Shown piece after piece: positions 31,101-45,000 of a DNA stretch of 64,000 nucleotides. Each line of letters starts with the position of its first letter. Positions within the stretch are counted from its first letter, which is position 1. Where the stretch lies: contig VJWM01000044.1 in the NCBI GenBank assembly GCA_010909165.1, forward strand, positions 1,302,001 to 1,366,000, read 5' to 3'. Made by a program: the position numbers and the translations under genes. The notes below the pieces were generated by a model that did no database searches, was not told where the DNA came from, and saw nothing but the letters and a program-made list of their open reading frames with translations. The stretch comes from Anthoceros angustus (taxonomy: Eukaryota > Plantae > Anthocerotophyta).

Positions 31101-33434
31101 GGACCTGGAAGGCTCGGAAGGAGATGAAGGCCACGGGGCAGCAGGACCCTAGTGGCCTGTTTGAGATGACGGAGCGGCGGAGAGGAGCAACCGGAGGCGG
31201 AAACGAGGAGCGGCGGATGCGGCGAGGTAAGCACCCGCACCTCACCATGGAAGGAGGGGCCAAGGTTCTTGTGTCTGAGCAGTGAAACAAGCTCGAGAGG
31301 CCCAGCGGAGGAGGACCTTGCGAGGCGAGAGGCGCGAGGCGGAAGAGGCCGGGCACAAGCGAGAGCTCGGGACTGGGGCGGCCGGCTAGGCGCCAAATGG
31401 GCGAGGCCCGGTAAAGCGAAGGCGAGCGGTGAAGAGCGGCCGGATCACTGACGTGATCGGGCCGGTGGAAGAGGCAGTGACGGCCGAGGCTAACTCGAAG
31501 GCCGCCGGGCTATGGGCGAGCAAGGCCTCGGGAGATAGAGATCTCAGGCTGCGAGGTAGAAGGGAGGCGGCGAGATGGAGGGCAGCAAGGACACTGGAGC
31601 TACAACTCCAAGATGCGTCGAGGCGGTGATTCTCGAGAGAATCCACGACCTCGAGCAAGCAGTGCCTCCGGCTCCGTCAGAGGCGGAGGAAAATCGGCGA
31701 CTATCGAGTTGGGCGTTGCCGAGCTCTGAAGGAGCTGGAGGAAGTCGTCGGACGGAGGTATCGACTGGAGAGGGAGGTGGCGGAGCTAAAGGCCGAATGA
31801 GCAGGGGCGAGCAGAAGCGCTGGTCCGGTGAGAAAGGCGGAAGAGCAGCTGCGCTATGGCGGTGGTGGCGATGGAAAGCGCAGGAGTGGGCGGGCGGGCA
31901 GGAGGTGACGAGGCCGCCTTGTAGCCTCTGATACCGGCGTCAAATCTGGCGGGGAGGTGGCCCAAGCGGCGGCAGACTCCGGAACACTTATGGCGGAGGG
32001 AGTATCGGGTGCTCCGGGCACACGTGGAAGAGGCAATTCAACAAGTCGATTCAGACTTTGCCTATTACCACGCTGAGCTCCTGAAGGCAGTAGAAGCCTC
32101 TCGACGGCCGCTGCAGACGGACGGACCCCTGGAAGGCTCAGAAGGAGATGAAGGCCACGGGGACAGCACAGGGACCCTAGTGGCCCTGTTTGGAGATGAC
32201 GGGAGCGGCGGAGAGGAGCAACGGAGGAGGCGAGGGCGAGGCGGATGCGAGGTGGCCGCACCTCACCATGGAAGGAGGGCCAGCAGAAGGAGTCACTGGG
32301 CGATCGAGCAGTGAGGACTTGAGGGAGAGCCACGGAGGAGTCCGTGAGGAGGAAACCGGTGGGCGTGAGTCGGACTTTCCGGACCCAGGCCGGACCACAA
32401 GTCCGGACCTCGGTGACCGGACCAAGTCCGGACCGTGTAAGTCCGGACCACGAGTCCGGACCCGTGTCGTCCGGACCACGAGGTCCGGACCCAGTCGGAC
32501 CTAGCCGGACCTAAGCGGACTCTGAAGTTCGAGTCGAGGCAGACCTCGAGGGCCGGGCAGCGATGGAGGAGCCCCGACTTACGCTAGGGAGCCGATAGCG
32601 GTGGCCCGGCGAAGGACCCGAGGAGGCAGGAGGATGACGTCGTGGTACAGCGGTTGTCGACCGCCGAGCTAACGCGATTCGGAGAGAGGAGGGGCCTCAC
32701 GGATCATCCGATTGGGTGCACCACAATGCCGGACGGGGATTGGACCACCCATTCCGGCGGGGCCAGGACCTTCCACGGTCGTGAAGGAGATAGGGGGATA
32801 TGGTAGGCGGCCGATTAGGGTATACCGGTGGCTCATCGAATAGGGGTGTAATAAAAGGCACCTTGGGCGCAGATAAGAGGGAGGCCTAGTAAAGCATCTT
32901 TCTCTTGGTGTTGATGCGCGTTCTTGCGGACCTTTGTGAGTCTTCTTGCTAACGTGAGTCTGAGTCACGGCGAGCACGGCGACTCGGGAGATTGATCAAG
33001 GTCCCGTGACGGACTTAACGCGTTGTGGTGTGTGCGGGGAAGGGTGGTGGTGATCGTGCTCGTCCGGGCGGTCCGGCAAGACCTGGAGCGCGTGAGGAAC
33101 TCCGGGAGGTGTGTAGAGCCGGACGGAGGCCCGGAGCAGCGGAGGAGGTCATGCGTAACCAGCGTTTTCTAAGGCGAAGAGTGTAGCGTGAGAGGAGAGA
33201 GAAAGGGCGGATGCGTGAGGATGTATGTGAGCAATACGACGCGACGGGTCCTAACGCGTTTGGCCATACCGGCTGTCACGGTGAACGTTGAGTAGTTAGG
33301 AGTATGTGTGTGTGTGAGAGGAGAGGCGCTAAGGGTAGAATCACACGCGGTACAGCCTATCATTCCCTTGGGAACGGACTTCTTCCTACAACGACACGGA
33401 TTGTGCGCCTGGCCATCGCCAAAAGTCCGCCACA
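28143..33434 (+). repeat. Gypsy 5' LTR (about 5.3 kb, with internal duplication near 30260-31300 / 31270-32300)
   Basis: Collinear with 39082-45498. Confidence 0.85.
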
Positions 33435-33437
33435 TTT

Positions 33438-33452
33438 TGGCCGTTGCGGGAA
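33438..33452 (+). promoter_or_regulatory. Primer-binding site, tRNA-Asp/Athila type (degenerate)
   Basis: tggccgttgcgggaa directly after the LTR end resembles the Athila PBS TGGCGCCGTTGCCGGGGA with small deletions. Confidence 0.6.
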
Positions 33453-33704
33453 TGAAATCGGTCCGTGCGCAAAGTGCGTCCTTAGGAAGAGAAGGTAAGT
33501 GAATGCGTGGCGGTCGGCGGCGGAGTGAACCGTCGGGAGGATCGGACGTGGTCACCTCGCGTGCTCTCCGAGCCGGAGAGGAGAGCGTCAAACCCAACGA
33601 GAGCACCGTCGATCGGAGGAGGAGAACGTGGTCGGTGTCGGACCAAGGCGAGTACGGGGTGCGAGGGCGCCAACGGAAGAAGGTAGGGCGCCACGCCTAA
33701 CCCG

Positions 33705-34800
33705 ATGGCGGCCATGGCCCCTACCTCGACCAAACAAGCGTACTCCATATTCGGAGGGAAGAAGGAGCGGGATGCGGAGACCTTTGTGGAGGACTTCGTG
33801 TCCAAAGCCAACTTCAACGGAGAGGGAGGCGAGCGCTCATCCAGCTTTTCCAAGGGGTTCTCAGGGGCAAGCTCAATGGTATCGGAGAAAGTACCGACCA
33901 CCAGAATGCCCCACCCGCCTCGTTTGAAGCTTTGAAAATGCCTTCTTAGAACGGTTTCGAGGATCGACCGGGAGGTATGTATTATCAAAGTTGGAAAATC
34001 TGAAGCGAGGGAAGAAGGAGAAGCTGGGCTCGTACATCGAGCGGTTCTATGCCCTGAGGGATCGGCATCCAACCCATACCACGATGCAAGCGGTACGGTG
34101 GTTCGCGGCCGGTCTAGCCAAACCCATGGCCAGGCACGTCCTGCTGCTGGCCGAGAAGGACGTGGGCAAGGCGGTCAGAGCGGCCGAAAACTACGAGGAA
34201 TCGCTACATCAGAGGATAAAGAAATCCGCTCAAGGAGGCAAGAAGAAGAAGAAGCGGGTTCGACTCAGGAGGAAGAGTCTTGAGAGGAGGAGGAAGACCA
34301 ATCGGAGGTGTCTTGAGGAGGAGCGGTCGTCCAAGAAGAGACGGAGGTCTCTAGCGAGGAAGAGTATCCCAAGAAGAAGAGCAAGAAAGCCCGGCTAAAA
34401 GAAGCGGGGTAAGAAGGAGGTGGTGACACCGGCCGGTCCGAGAAGCTCCGGACCCGACTCCCTCAAAGGAGGTATGGCAGTGCGGGAGGACTGGAAAAGT
34501 GATAAGAGAGTAGAGGACCGCGATAAACCAGTTAAGGGGCCGAGGCGGAAAACACCGACTACGGTGCGACGCATCTCGTGTGCCGTGTGCCAGAACACGG
34601 CCATTCGAAATCAAGCGCCTCAAGGCCGGTGCATCAAGTGGACTACGAATACGAGGAGGCCGAGGAGCAATGGGAAGAGGCCTATCAGTGCAGAAGCCCC
34701 CTCCGGGCGCGATATCCCAAAACCATGTATCCGTCACCGGAGGTCCGTCAATACAACGGGCCCCACCGATGCGACCGCATGGGAGCCCTTCGTATCCTCC
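33705..34800 (+). pseudogene. Gypsy gag (frameshifted)
   Basis: FGGKKERDAETFVEDF, NLKRGKKEKLGSYIERF..., WFAAGL, Lys/Glu-rich tract, CAVCQNT-GH zinc-knuckle remnant near 34577. Confidence 0.75.
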
Positions 34801-35639
34801 GTGCAGTGGTAGTCTGATGGGCTGGGAATCGCCATTACTCCAACGCGTGTCCGTACCCAGGCGGGGTAATGGGGACTTGAGTGTGGCGGCAAGCGGTGGG
34901 CATATGACGATCGCTATGTCCCAACCCCGCAAGGCAGTGCGATATGCCACACCAAGCGGAGAACCCGACCACCAACGCCACCTCCTAAGAGGCTGACCGT
35001 CAAGTCGAAGATGCTCGATTGGCGGAGTGGGAAGAGATTCCCAGTGCGAGATGGAAAAGAACAAGAAGGTACGGTGGGGGTCGAAAGGAAGGGAGTGGAA
35101 ATCTTGGAGGTGTCTACTCGTAGCCAAGGAAGGAGGCGAGAAAGGCGCCGGTGAAGAAGAACAAGGCGGAGAAGCGTCACGGGCCGAGGAAGGCAATCAA
35201 ACGGAAATACCGGCAGAGGATCCGACCGATGAAGGAGGGGCAGGCGGCTCGGAGGGATTACCCGAAGGAAGTTCTCCGTGCAGACGGGGAGAAGGGCAGT
35301 GCCTCCGCGGCGACCGATTTCCACCGGACGTAGTCGGAGGTGACCGAGATGTTGCAGGAGGAAATGCGCAAGCATCCGGAGAATACGAACAAGTGACGGG
35401 AGAGGATGAGGGGCAGCAGGATCCTCGATTGGGGTAGAAGCCTCCCCCTTTAATGTGGCGGACCGATGATGAATCGGCGGCACCTTGTGTCCTTTCGGCG
35501 AGGATAACCCGAAATCTGACAAGAGGTCCGTCGGGCCGTTAGGGAAACCCACTCGGAGCACCAAAGCCGTGAAGGGTAGCAGTGGAAGTGAGGGTGGTGT
35601 CCCATACGGACCAGGCGCCCGATGGTACAAGTGGAGATT

Positions 35640-38600
35640 TGGATGTATCATCAAGGATGTACCGTTGGACACGGGTCCGAGTCAACCTCATCACCGAAGC
35701 CACGGCACGGTGGGCTTCACATCCTTGAACCCTCAACGAAGACTCGAGAATGGCGGACATGTCAAGAAGAGATCCGCGGGAGTTAACCGAGTCTTGGCCA
35801 CCATAGCGCACCCTACAAACCGGATTTTGTTGTGATCAAACCGGCGGACCATTAGGGTATGAGGTGTTGTTGGGCGGCCATGGTGGGTTGGCCCAGACGA
35901 AGCTACACTTTGGAAGGAAGGAGATTCACTTCAAGCCGTGGTGGGACCCTAAGGTGCGAGAAGGAGGTTGCTATCACGGAGCAAGGACACCTATTGTGGG
36001 CTGTGAGCACTACAGGGTATACCTCGTGGAGGACTCCAGCGGAACAAGATAGTTCAGGAGGCGTACCCTTTCGCCAAGATCCCGGGTCCGAGGAGGAGAT
36101 GGACTACCGTGGATGCCTTTGGTGCGGAAGATTGATTGTTTTGAGTAAACGCCACAACGGGCCGGAGGAAGGAAGTGAAGAGGAGGTCGGACCAGACAAG
36201 GGGAGACAAGAGTCGGACCAAGGAAGCGGACATCGAAGGAGTAACACGATTCACCTCACGAGCTCTTGAGAGAATGGGGATGCGAGAGGACGATCCCGAG
36301 AGGAGGACGAGGGGTTTGGGCCGAGGCACGAGAACGGGGAGGCAGTGAACCCGGACGACGTGGAAGAAGTGGAGGTCCGGCCAGCAAATTCAAGTTTAAG
36401 AAAGGCATGCCTCCGGACTGAAGGAAGGACTAAAGCACTGGGGAGTTTTGCGAGGTGTTCGCCTTCAAGGTCACGGACATGAAGGGCATTCCGAAGAAGT
36501 GGGGAGAGCATAAGATCGATTTGAAGCCAGGAGCGGTGCCAGTCCGAATCCGACAATACAAGCTCAACCCCAAGTATTCGATCAAGGTGAAGGAGGTCCT
36601 TGATAAGTACCTGGAGGCAGACATCATTTTCCCCATCGTCAACAGCGAGTGGGTCGCGCCGATTGTGGTGGTTCCCAAGAAACAGCCAGGACAAATTCGG
36701 GTATGCCAAGATTGGAGGAAGCTCAACGCCGCAACGGAGAAGGACCACTTCCCGATGCCATTCGTAGACGACATTTTGGACAAGGTGGCTGGACGGACTA
36801 CTTACTCCTTCCTGGATGGCTACTCCGGATATAACCAATTGCACCTAAGGGAGTCGGACTGGGACAAGACGACCTTCACTACGGAGTGGGGTACGTTTGC
36901 CTACAAGAGAAGTGCCTTTGGGATGACCGGAGCGCCAGGGTCGTTCATGCGTATGGTGACCAACGTCTTCCGTGACTTCCTGAGGGACTTCATGGAGATA
37001 TTCCTGGATGATTTTTGTGTGCATGGGGAGCAGGACAAACACCTTGGGCATCTAAGAAGGTGCTTGGAGCGCTGCCGGGAGACTCAATTGAGCCTACACC
37101 CGGAGAAATGCTACTTTGGAATGACGGAGGGAATCTTGCTGGGACATCGGGTGTCGGCGCGGGGAATCGAGGTGGACCAGGACAAGGTCCGGTCATCCAT
37201 CTCTCCACCCGCGAACCTAAAGGAGCCGAGAGGTTTCACAGGAATGGTGGGATACTACCGGTTTATTAAGGACTTTGCGAAGAGCGGCTAAGTTGGATGT
37301 CTGCGGAAGGAGGAGGTTTGGACAGTCACGGAGGCGAGAGGAGGCCTTCGGATTCTGAACACCTTGGTAAGCGCACGGTTCTAAGAGGACCGGATCGAGC
37401 AGAAATTTCATGTGTATGTAGATGTGTCCGCTTTGCTATCGGAGTAGTCTTGAGCGGAAGGACGACAAGCGGGATTATCCGTATACTACTGACGACGGCT
37501 CACCCACACGCGAAAATACACAACTGGGCCAAGCCGGGTATGGTATATCTTGTCAAGAAATTCCGACACTACCTACTACCCAGTGAGTTTGTGTTCTATG
37601 TAGACCACTTTGCGCTGAAGCATCTGGTGAATAAGGCGGACCTGTCCGGACGGATAGCAAGGTGGATATTGTTGCTGCAGGAGTTCACGTTCGAAGTGGA
37701 AACAAGACAAGGGAGGCAGCACCAAAATGCAGATTTCCTGTCACGATTGAAAACAGGAGGTGTTGAGAGATCAGGAAGATGCGTTCCCGGATGAGACATT
37801 GGTTGCCGCAGTAAAAGTACAACCGGAGGAGCCCAGCCGACCGAACCCCAAGCTACGAGGCGGCCTTAGCGAGCGGAGAAGGGAGGGGCCGCGGTCGTCC
37901 GACCCTCGAAGAAATAGAGCGGTACCTGGGAATGGAGCTTCCGAAAATCGACTCGTGGGAGAGGAGGCATTCGTGCACTATGCTCGACCCTTGAATGTAC
38001 AACGGTGTGTGTTCAAATTAGGGCGGACGGAGTAGAACGAAGGTACTTGCCGGAGCAGGAGGCGGTCGTCGAGGAATGCACGAAGGATTGGGGTGGACAC
38101 TACGCACAGTCACCACCAAAAGATTTGAAGCGGATCTTGGTGGCCAACAATGTATGGGGACACCCACCGGTTTGTGAAGAAGTGTGATGCTTGTCGTGGA
38201 TCGGAAAGCCAACCCGACGACACGGTGGCCGCTAGTACCGATATTGGCACCGCACCTTCGAAAAGTGGGGTATTGACTTTGTTGGACCTATCTGACCTCG
38301 ACAAGACACACACAAAGGAGATACATCCCGGTGGCAGCGGACTCGCACCCGGTGGGTAGAGGCGGTGGCGACAACGGACTCGCAAATCGTGGCCAAATTC
38401 CTGTACGAGAACATCATAACCCGATACGGATGTCCGCTGCAGTTGGTAAGTGATAGGGGAACCCATTTCCTTAATGATGTGGTGGCCGCCATGACGGAGT
38501 ATTTCGGCATCAATCATCGCAAGACGGCACCCTACAATCCTAAGGCCAATGGGCTGACAGAGAAGACAAATGGGCTCATCTGCAGGATCTGAATAAACTC

Positions 38601-39045
38601 ACGATGAACTACGCCCATGGGGATACCAAGCGCCATCCGCATGGGCGTTCGGACAGAGAAGGTGACCACACGGACCCCTTCTTGACCTACGGACACTCTC
38701 CGTAATGCCGGTGAGTTTGAAGTGCCCACTTTTCGAGTAATGATGGAAGGGAGGCGGAGGAGGAAAGCCGGAGCGACTCTTGGGGTTTGTCGACACGGAG
38801 GAGAAGCTCGGTGAAGATGCATTGGTGCAAAACCAAAAGATTTGGCACGATCGCGAATCGAGTATGTAAAGGAAGGGACTGGCCCTCCTTTATGATAGTC
38901 GTCACATGCATTTTCGAGCAAACTTCACGAGATGGATGGGTCCGTACCAAGTGGTGCAAGTATATGACAACGGGTCCGTCCATTCTGACTAGATGGAGAG
39001 CTGCCCACTCGGGTAACGGGTGGCGGGTGAAGAAGTATCATGCTT
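35640..39045 (+). pseudogene. Gypsy pol: protease, RT, RNase H, integrase (frameshifted)
   Basis: VPLDTG; IRVCQDWRKLNAATEKDHFPMPF, FLDGYSGYNQ, IFLDDF; YLLPSEFVFYVDHFAL; LYENIITRYGCP..LVSDRGTHF, YNPKANGLTE; W.GPYQV...GNGWRVKKY-type C-terminus. Confidence 0.9.
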
Positions 39046-39064
39046 AGTGTTGGCGGAGGCATGT

Positions 39065-39079
39065 GAGATGAGAAGGGAG
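39065..39079 (+). promoter_or_regulatory. Polypurine tract of the Gypsy element
   Basis: gagatgagaagggag immediately upstream of the 3' LTR start. Confidence 0.75.
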
Positions 39080-39081
39080 TA

Positions 39082-42000
39082 TGTGGGCTATGCACTTCCC
39101 TGGGGAGTTAGGAAATAAGTAGGGTTTCTGTTTTTTTTTAGGATTGAAGGATAAATAAGGCGGAAAAGGAGGAATAAATTGGGGTAGCGCTCTGGACGAG
39201 GCTCCGGAGTATACTCCGGACTCTGGAGTGAACAACGGACCCCGGTACCACTATGGCAAGCTCCGGACTATGCCGGAGTAACGGGATAAGTCCGGAACCC
39301 ACTCCAGGTCAAAATAGGATAAATGCGAAAGTAACCTAGGAGGTGGGCGTGAGGATGACGAGGCGGCGCCACGTGGGCGGCCCCGAGTGGAGGTCGGGCA
39401 TGCAGAGGCAGGCCGTAACCTTGCGAGGCCGTTATAGCGGTATTCACGCCCCACGGGCTGCGCGTAAGGCGCGAGCGTAGGGTCGAGTAAGCCATGCGGA
39501 CCCCAGCGATTCGGACAGGCGCCTTCCGCCCAGTTACTTCCACAAGCGGCCAAGGAGGAGGTCATTTTCGGCCTCAGACAATCCTCAGTCCCTTGCGCTC
39601 CGCAATCCGGCTCTCTGGCGTCTTTTGGGCGCCAGTCGCAAGCGTGGCGCCGTCAAGGTTGGAGCGGCGAGCGCGAAGGAGGAACATCGTGCCCGGACTC
39701 GCCCGGCCTACAGAGGAGGAGAAAGCAATGGCACCCAAAAGCCGGAGTCTGGGAGCCATGGACCCTCGTGGAGCGCAACATTGTGACCCGCTATCCGGAC
39801 TTGGCCTGGAGGAAGCGAGGGAATTGGTGCGAGTGGCATCGGGCGTGTTCCAAATGGTCGGACCTTTGACAACGTCACTCTAGTCCGGAGTTTGCGGAAG
39901 ATCTTGGCGATCAACAAGGAGGTCCGATCCAAGAACCTCCGGAGGACCAGGCGATGGACCTTGGAGGTCCCGAGGATGGCCGCCAAGGAGGAGGTCATTT
40001 GCTGCGACCTCAGACAATCCTCACGGTCCCTTGCGCTCCGCAATCCGGCTCTCTGGCTATCTTTTGGGCGCCCTCGGCTTAGAGCGTGGCGCACCGTCAA
40101 GGTTGGAGCGAGCGCGAAGGAGGAACATCGTGCCGGCGGACTCGACGGCCAGCTGACAACAAGAGGAGAAGCAATGGCACCCAAAAGCCGGGCGAGCCAT
40201 GGACCCTCGTGGAGCGCAACATTGTGACCGGCGCTATCCGGACTTCGGCCCGGAGGCGGGGGGAATTGGTGCAGGAGTGGCATCGGGCGTGTTCCAAATG
40301 GTCGGACCTTTGACAACGTCACTCTAGTCCGGAGTTTGCCCGGAAGATCTTGGCGATCAACAAGGAGGTCCGATCCAAGAACCTCCGGAGGACCCGAGGC
40401 GATGGACCTTGGAGGTCCCGAGGATGGCCTACAACCGCCCAAGGAGGAAGAAGGGGCGTGGTGCGAGCCCCTTAAGGCGAAGGGAAGATAGGGCCGCCAC
40501 GGCGATGTTGAGGCTGGGCAACGGACAACCAACGGATGGTTGATATCCGATCTGGCCGGGCGGTCGAGTAAGGCGGTAGCCGGATCATTGTCCATTGGAA
40601 CACTGCTCACCAAGGTGGATCACCTTGGTGATAACCTGCTGGTATTCTCGCATGCGCTCGGTGGAAGGCGACGGGAAGGATTATCTTCGCCGGTTCGATC
40701 GAGGCACGCAAGCTAAGGAGCGAAGCCCTCGCCATCGGTGACCCCATACGATTCATGTATGGGGACATTTCGAGCTCTGAAGGAGGGAGAGCTTGAGCGC
40801 TCGGAAGGGGCTGGAGGCCCTGAGTAGGCGTGCAAGGGCGAGGTGGGGGTCGTCCTTCAAGACCAAGCGGACTCGGGAGGAGGGGCGGAGGATTCCGGAC
40901 TCCATACGTGGGCGAACCCCTCACCACCTGTGGAAGTTTGGGAGGCGATTCCCCTTCCCTCCTTTTGGTGCCCCTCCGAGCGGTAGCCGAGAGGAGGCGA
41001 TGGAGGGCGTTGGCGGCTCGGCACCCAGCAATGACCAACAACCACGGCTGCGAGCCCCGACGAACTCAGCGGGAGCCGAGGCGGAAGGCGGTGCCTGGCA
41101 CCTCGGAAGGTGCAGTACCCTTACCCCACCTTGCAGAGGTGAGGCGGTGAGGAGGCGAGAAGGGACGTGGCCCAAGGAGGAGGTCAGCGGCCCACCCGAG
41201 CCAGTCCCTCCCGAGGAAGGGGCAAAAGAGCTTGCTCCGGACCCCTCACCTCCTCCGAGCCCCGACGAACTCGGGAGCCAAGAGGCGGAAGGCGGTGCCG
41301 CCTACCAACGCAAAGACCGGGAGTGCCGATTCTTACCCCCCACGGAGTGGCAAGAGGTCAAGAGGCGAAGGAGGAAGAAGGGGCGTGGCCCAAGGAGTGG
41401 AGGTCACCGGCAGCCCCCCACCTCGAGCCGGCCTCCCCGTGAAGGGGCAAAAGAGCTTGCTCCGGACCCCTCACCTCCTCCGAGCCCCAGAGAAAGAGGG
41501 CACAAAGGAGTTAGAGGCCAAGAGGGCCAAGAGGGTGAGACTCGGACCTCACCACTCGGGACCGAGGGTCCCGATTAGGTCCGAGAACCCCTCGGACTTA
41601 CTCGGGGCTGCGGTATGGAGGTCCTTGGCGGACCGAGAAATGCCGGCTCCCACTACGGACTTTGTGGGGGCCTCACCAGCGGCGGCCGTGGAAGAAACAC
41701 GGCGAGTCCTGGCTACCGTCATGGACGGAATGCTTTGGGGTCTCTGTGGTGTGAGAAGACCCAGGAAGTGGAGGCCACCCGGAGGAGGATGGTGGAACTC
41801 CAAGAGCAAGTGAAGGCGGCCCAGGGGGCAAAGGAAAAGGCGGAGTCCCTCGCTCGGATCGAGGAAGGGAAACGCCGGGTGGCGAGCCGAGGCCGGTTCG
41901 GGCCGGGCCAAGGTTCTTCAACGGCTGAAGCAAGCTCGAGGCCCAAGCGGGCGGAGGACCCGAGGCGATGGACCTTGGAGGTCCCGAGGATGGCCTACAA

Positions 42001-45000
42001 CCGCCCAAGGAGGAAGAAGGGGCGTGGTGCGAGCCCCTTAAGGCGAAGGGAAGATAGGGCCGCCACGGCGATGTTGAGGCTCGAACGCAGCGGACAACCA
42101 ACGGATGGTTGATATCCGATCTGGCGACGGTCGAGTAAGGCGGTAGCCGGATCATTGTCCATTGGAACCTCACCAAGGTGGATCACCTTGGTGATAACCT
42201 ATATTCTGCATGCTCGGAAAGAGCGGGGGGAAGGATTATCTTCGCCGGTTCGATCGAGGCACGCAAGCTAAGGAGCGAAGCCCTCGCCATCGGTGACCCC
42301 ATACGATTCATGTATGGGGACATTTCGAGCTCTGAAGGAGAGCTTGAGCGGGCGCTCGGAGAGGCCCCCAGTAGAGCGTGCAAGGGCGCCCGGTGGGGGT
42401 CGTCCTTCAAGACCAAGCGGACTCGGGAGGAGGACGGCGGAGGATTCCGGACTCCATCGTGCGAACCCCTCACCACCTGTGGAAGTTTGGGAGGCGATTC
42501 CCCTTCCCTCCTTTTGGTGCCCCCCTCGAGGCGGAGGGAGGCGATGGAGGGCGTTGGCGGCTCGGCACCCGGAGACAGCCAACAACCACGGCGGGCTGCC
42601 GAGCCCCGACGAACTCAGCGGGAGCCGAAGGCGGTGCCGCCTACCAACGCGGCACCTCGGAAGGTGCAGTACCCTTACCCCACCTTGCAAGAGAGGCAAG
42701 AGGCGGTGGGAGGCGAGAAGGGGCGTGGCCCAAGGGCAGGAGGTCATCAGCGGCCACCCAGCCGGTCTGTCCCGGCGGAAGGGGCAAAAGAGCTTGCTCC
42801 CGGACCCCCTCACCTCCTCCGAGCCCCAGGAGAAAGAGGGCACAAAAGGAGTTAGAGGCCAAGAGGGCCAAAGAGGGTGAGACTCCGGACCTCACCACTC
42901 AGGACCTGAGGGTCCTGATTAGGTCCGGAGAACCCAGTCCGGACTTACTCCGGACTGCGGTATGGAGGTCCTTGGCGGACCGAGAAATGCCGGCTCCCAC
43001 TACGGACTTTGTGGGGGCCTCACCAGCGGTGGCCGTGGAAGAAACACGGCGAGTCCTGGCTACCGTCATGGACGGAATGCTTTGGGGTCTCGTAGTGCGG
43101 AGAAGACCCGAAGTGGAGGCCACCCGAGGAGGATGGTGGAACTCAAGAGCAAGTGAAGGCGGAGGGGCAAAGGAAAAGGCGGAGTCCCTCGGATCGAGGA
43201 AGGAAGCGCCGGGTGGCGGTGAGCCGGCGGTTCAGAGGCCGGGCCAAGGTTCTTGTGTCTGACAGTGGAAACAAGCTCGAGGAGGCAGCGGGCGGAGGAC
43301 CTTCTGAGCGAGGCGGAAGAGGCCGGGCACAAGCAGAGAGCTCGGGACTGGCGGAGGCGGCTAGCGGCGCCAAGTGGGCGAGGCCGTAAGGCGGCGAAGG
43401 AGCCGCGGCAAGCGGCGGGATCACTGACGTGATCGGGCCGGTGGAAAGAGTCGGAGGCTAACTCGAAGGCCGCACAGGCGGCTATGGAGCAGGCAAGGGC
43501 CAGCACTCGGGAGATAGGGATCTCCGAGTACAGCTGCAGGAGGTAGAAGGGAGGCGGCAGCAGATGGAGGACAGCAAGGACACGCTGGAGCTACAACTCC
43601 AAGATGCGTCGGAGCAGCAGGTGATTCTCAACGAGAGAATCCACGACTTCGAGCACGAAGCAGTGCCTCCGGCTCCGTCTGAAGACGGAGGAAAATCGGC
43701 GACTATCGAGTTGGGCGTTGCCGAGCTCTGAGGAGGCGGAGGAAGTCCGAGTCGGACGGAGGTATCCGACCGCCTGGAGAGGAGGCGGAGCTAAAGGCCG
43801 AATGAGCGGAGGGCGAGCCTGGAAGCGAGAAAGAAGCTGGTCCGGTGAGAAAGGCGGAAGGAGCAGCTGCGCTATGGCGGTAAGTGGCGATGGAAAGGAA
43901 GCAGCGGGGCTGGGCGGGCAACAGCAGTGGCGGGAGGTGACCGAGGCCGCCCTTGTAGCCTCACGTGATACTGACCCGGCTCCACCAATCTGGCGGAGAG
44001 GTGGCCCAACAAGCGGCCGACTCCGGAACACTTATGGCGGAGGGAGTATCGGGTGCTCGGGCACCGTGGAAGAGGCAATTCAACAAGTCGATTCGGACTT
44101 TGCCTATTACCACGAGCTCCTGGCGTAGAAGCCTCTCGGCGGCGCGCAGACGGACCCACGGAAGGCTCGAGGAGATGAAGGCCACGGGGGCGGCCAGGAC
44201 CCTAGTGGCCCTGTTTGGAGATACGGAGCGGCGGAGAGGAGCAACCGGAGGAGGCGAAACGAGGAGGCGGATGCGGCGAGGTAAGCACCCGCACCTCACC
44301 ATGGAAGGAGGGGCCAGCGAGTCACTTGAGGCGATCGAGGAGGAGGACTTGAGGAGAGCCACGGAGGAGTCCGTGAGGAGGAAACCGGGTGGGCGTGAGT
44401 CGGACTTTGTCCGGACCCGGAGGCCGGACCACAAGTCCGGACCTCGGTAATAAGTCCGGACCAAGTCCGGACCCCGTCGTCGGACCACGAGGTCCGGACC
44501 CAGACAAGGTCGGACCTAGCCGGCGGACCCGAAATAAGCCGGACTCACGAGTTCGGGAGTCGAGACAGACCTCGAGGACCGGCCGGCAAGAAGGAGGAGC
44601 CCCCGCCGACTTACGCTAGGGGAGCCGATGGCGGGTGGCCCCGTGAAGGACCCGAGGAGGCCGGGGAGGATGACGTCGTGGTAACGGCGGTTGTCGAGCC
44701 AGAGCTCGAGGATTCGGGAGAGAGGGGCCCGCCTCACGGATCATCCGATTGGGTGCACCACAAGCTGTCGGGGATTGGACCACCCATTCCGAGGGGCCAG
44801 GACCTTCCAGCCCCTGGCGAAGGAGATAGGGGATAGGTGGTAGGCGGCCGATTAGGGTATACCGGCTGTCACTCGAATAGGGGTGTAATAAGACGCCACC
44901 TTGGGCGCGATATAAGAGGGTGAGGCTCTAGTAAAGCATCTTTCTCTTGGTGTTGATGCGCGTTCTTGCGGACCTTTGTGAGTCTTCTTGCTAACGTGAG

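Noticed and set aside
32375-32525. CRISPR-like array
   Set aside because: Units are 6-9 bp with no unique spacers, lie inside a plant LTR, and there are no cas genes.
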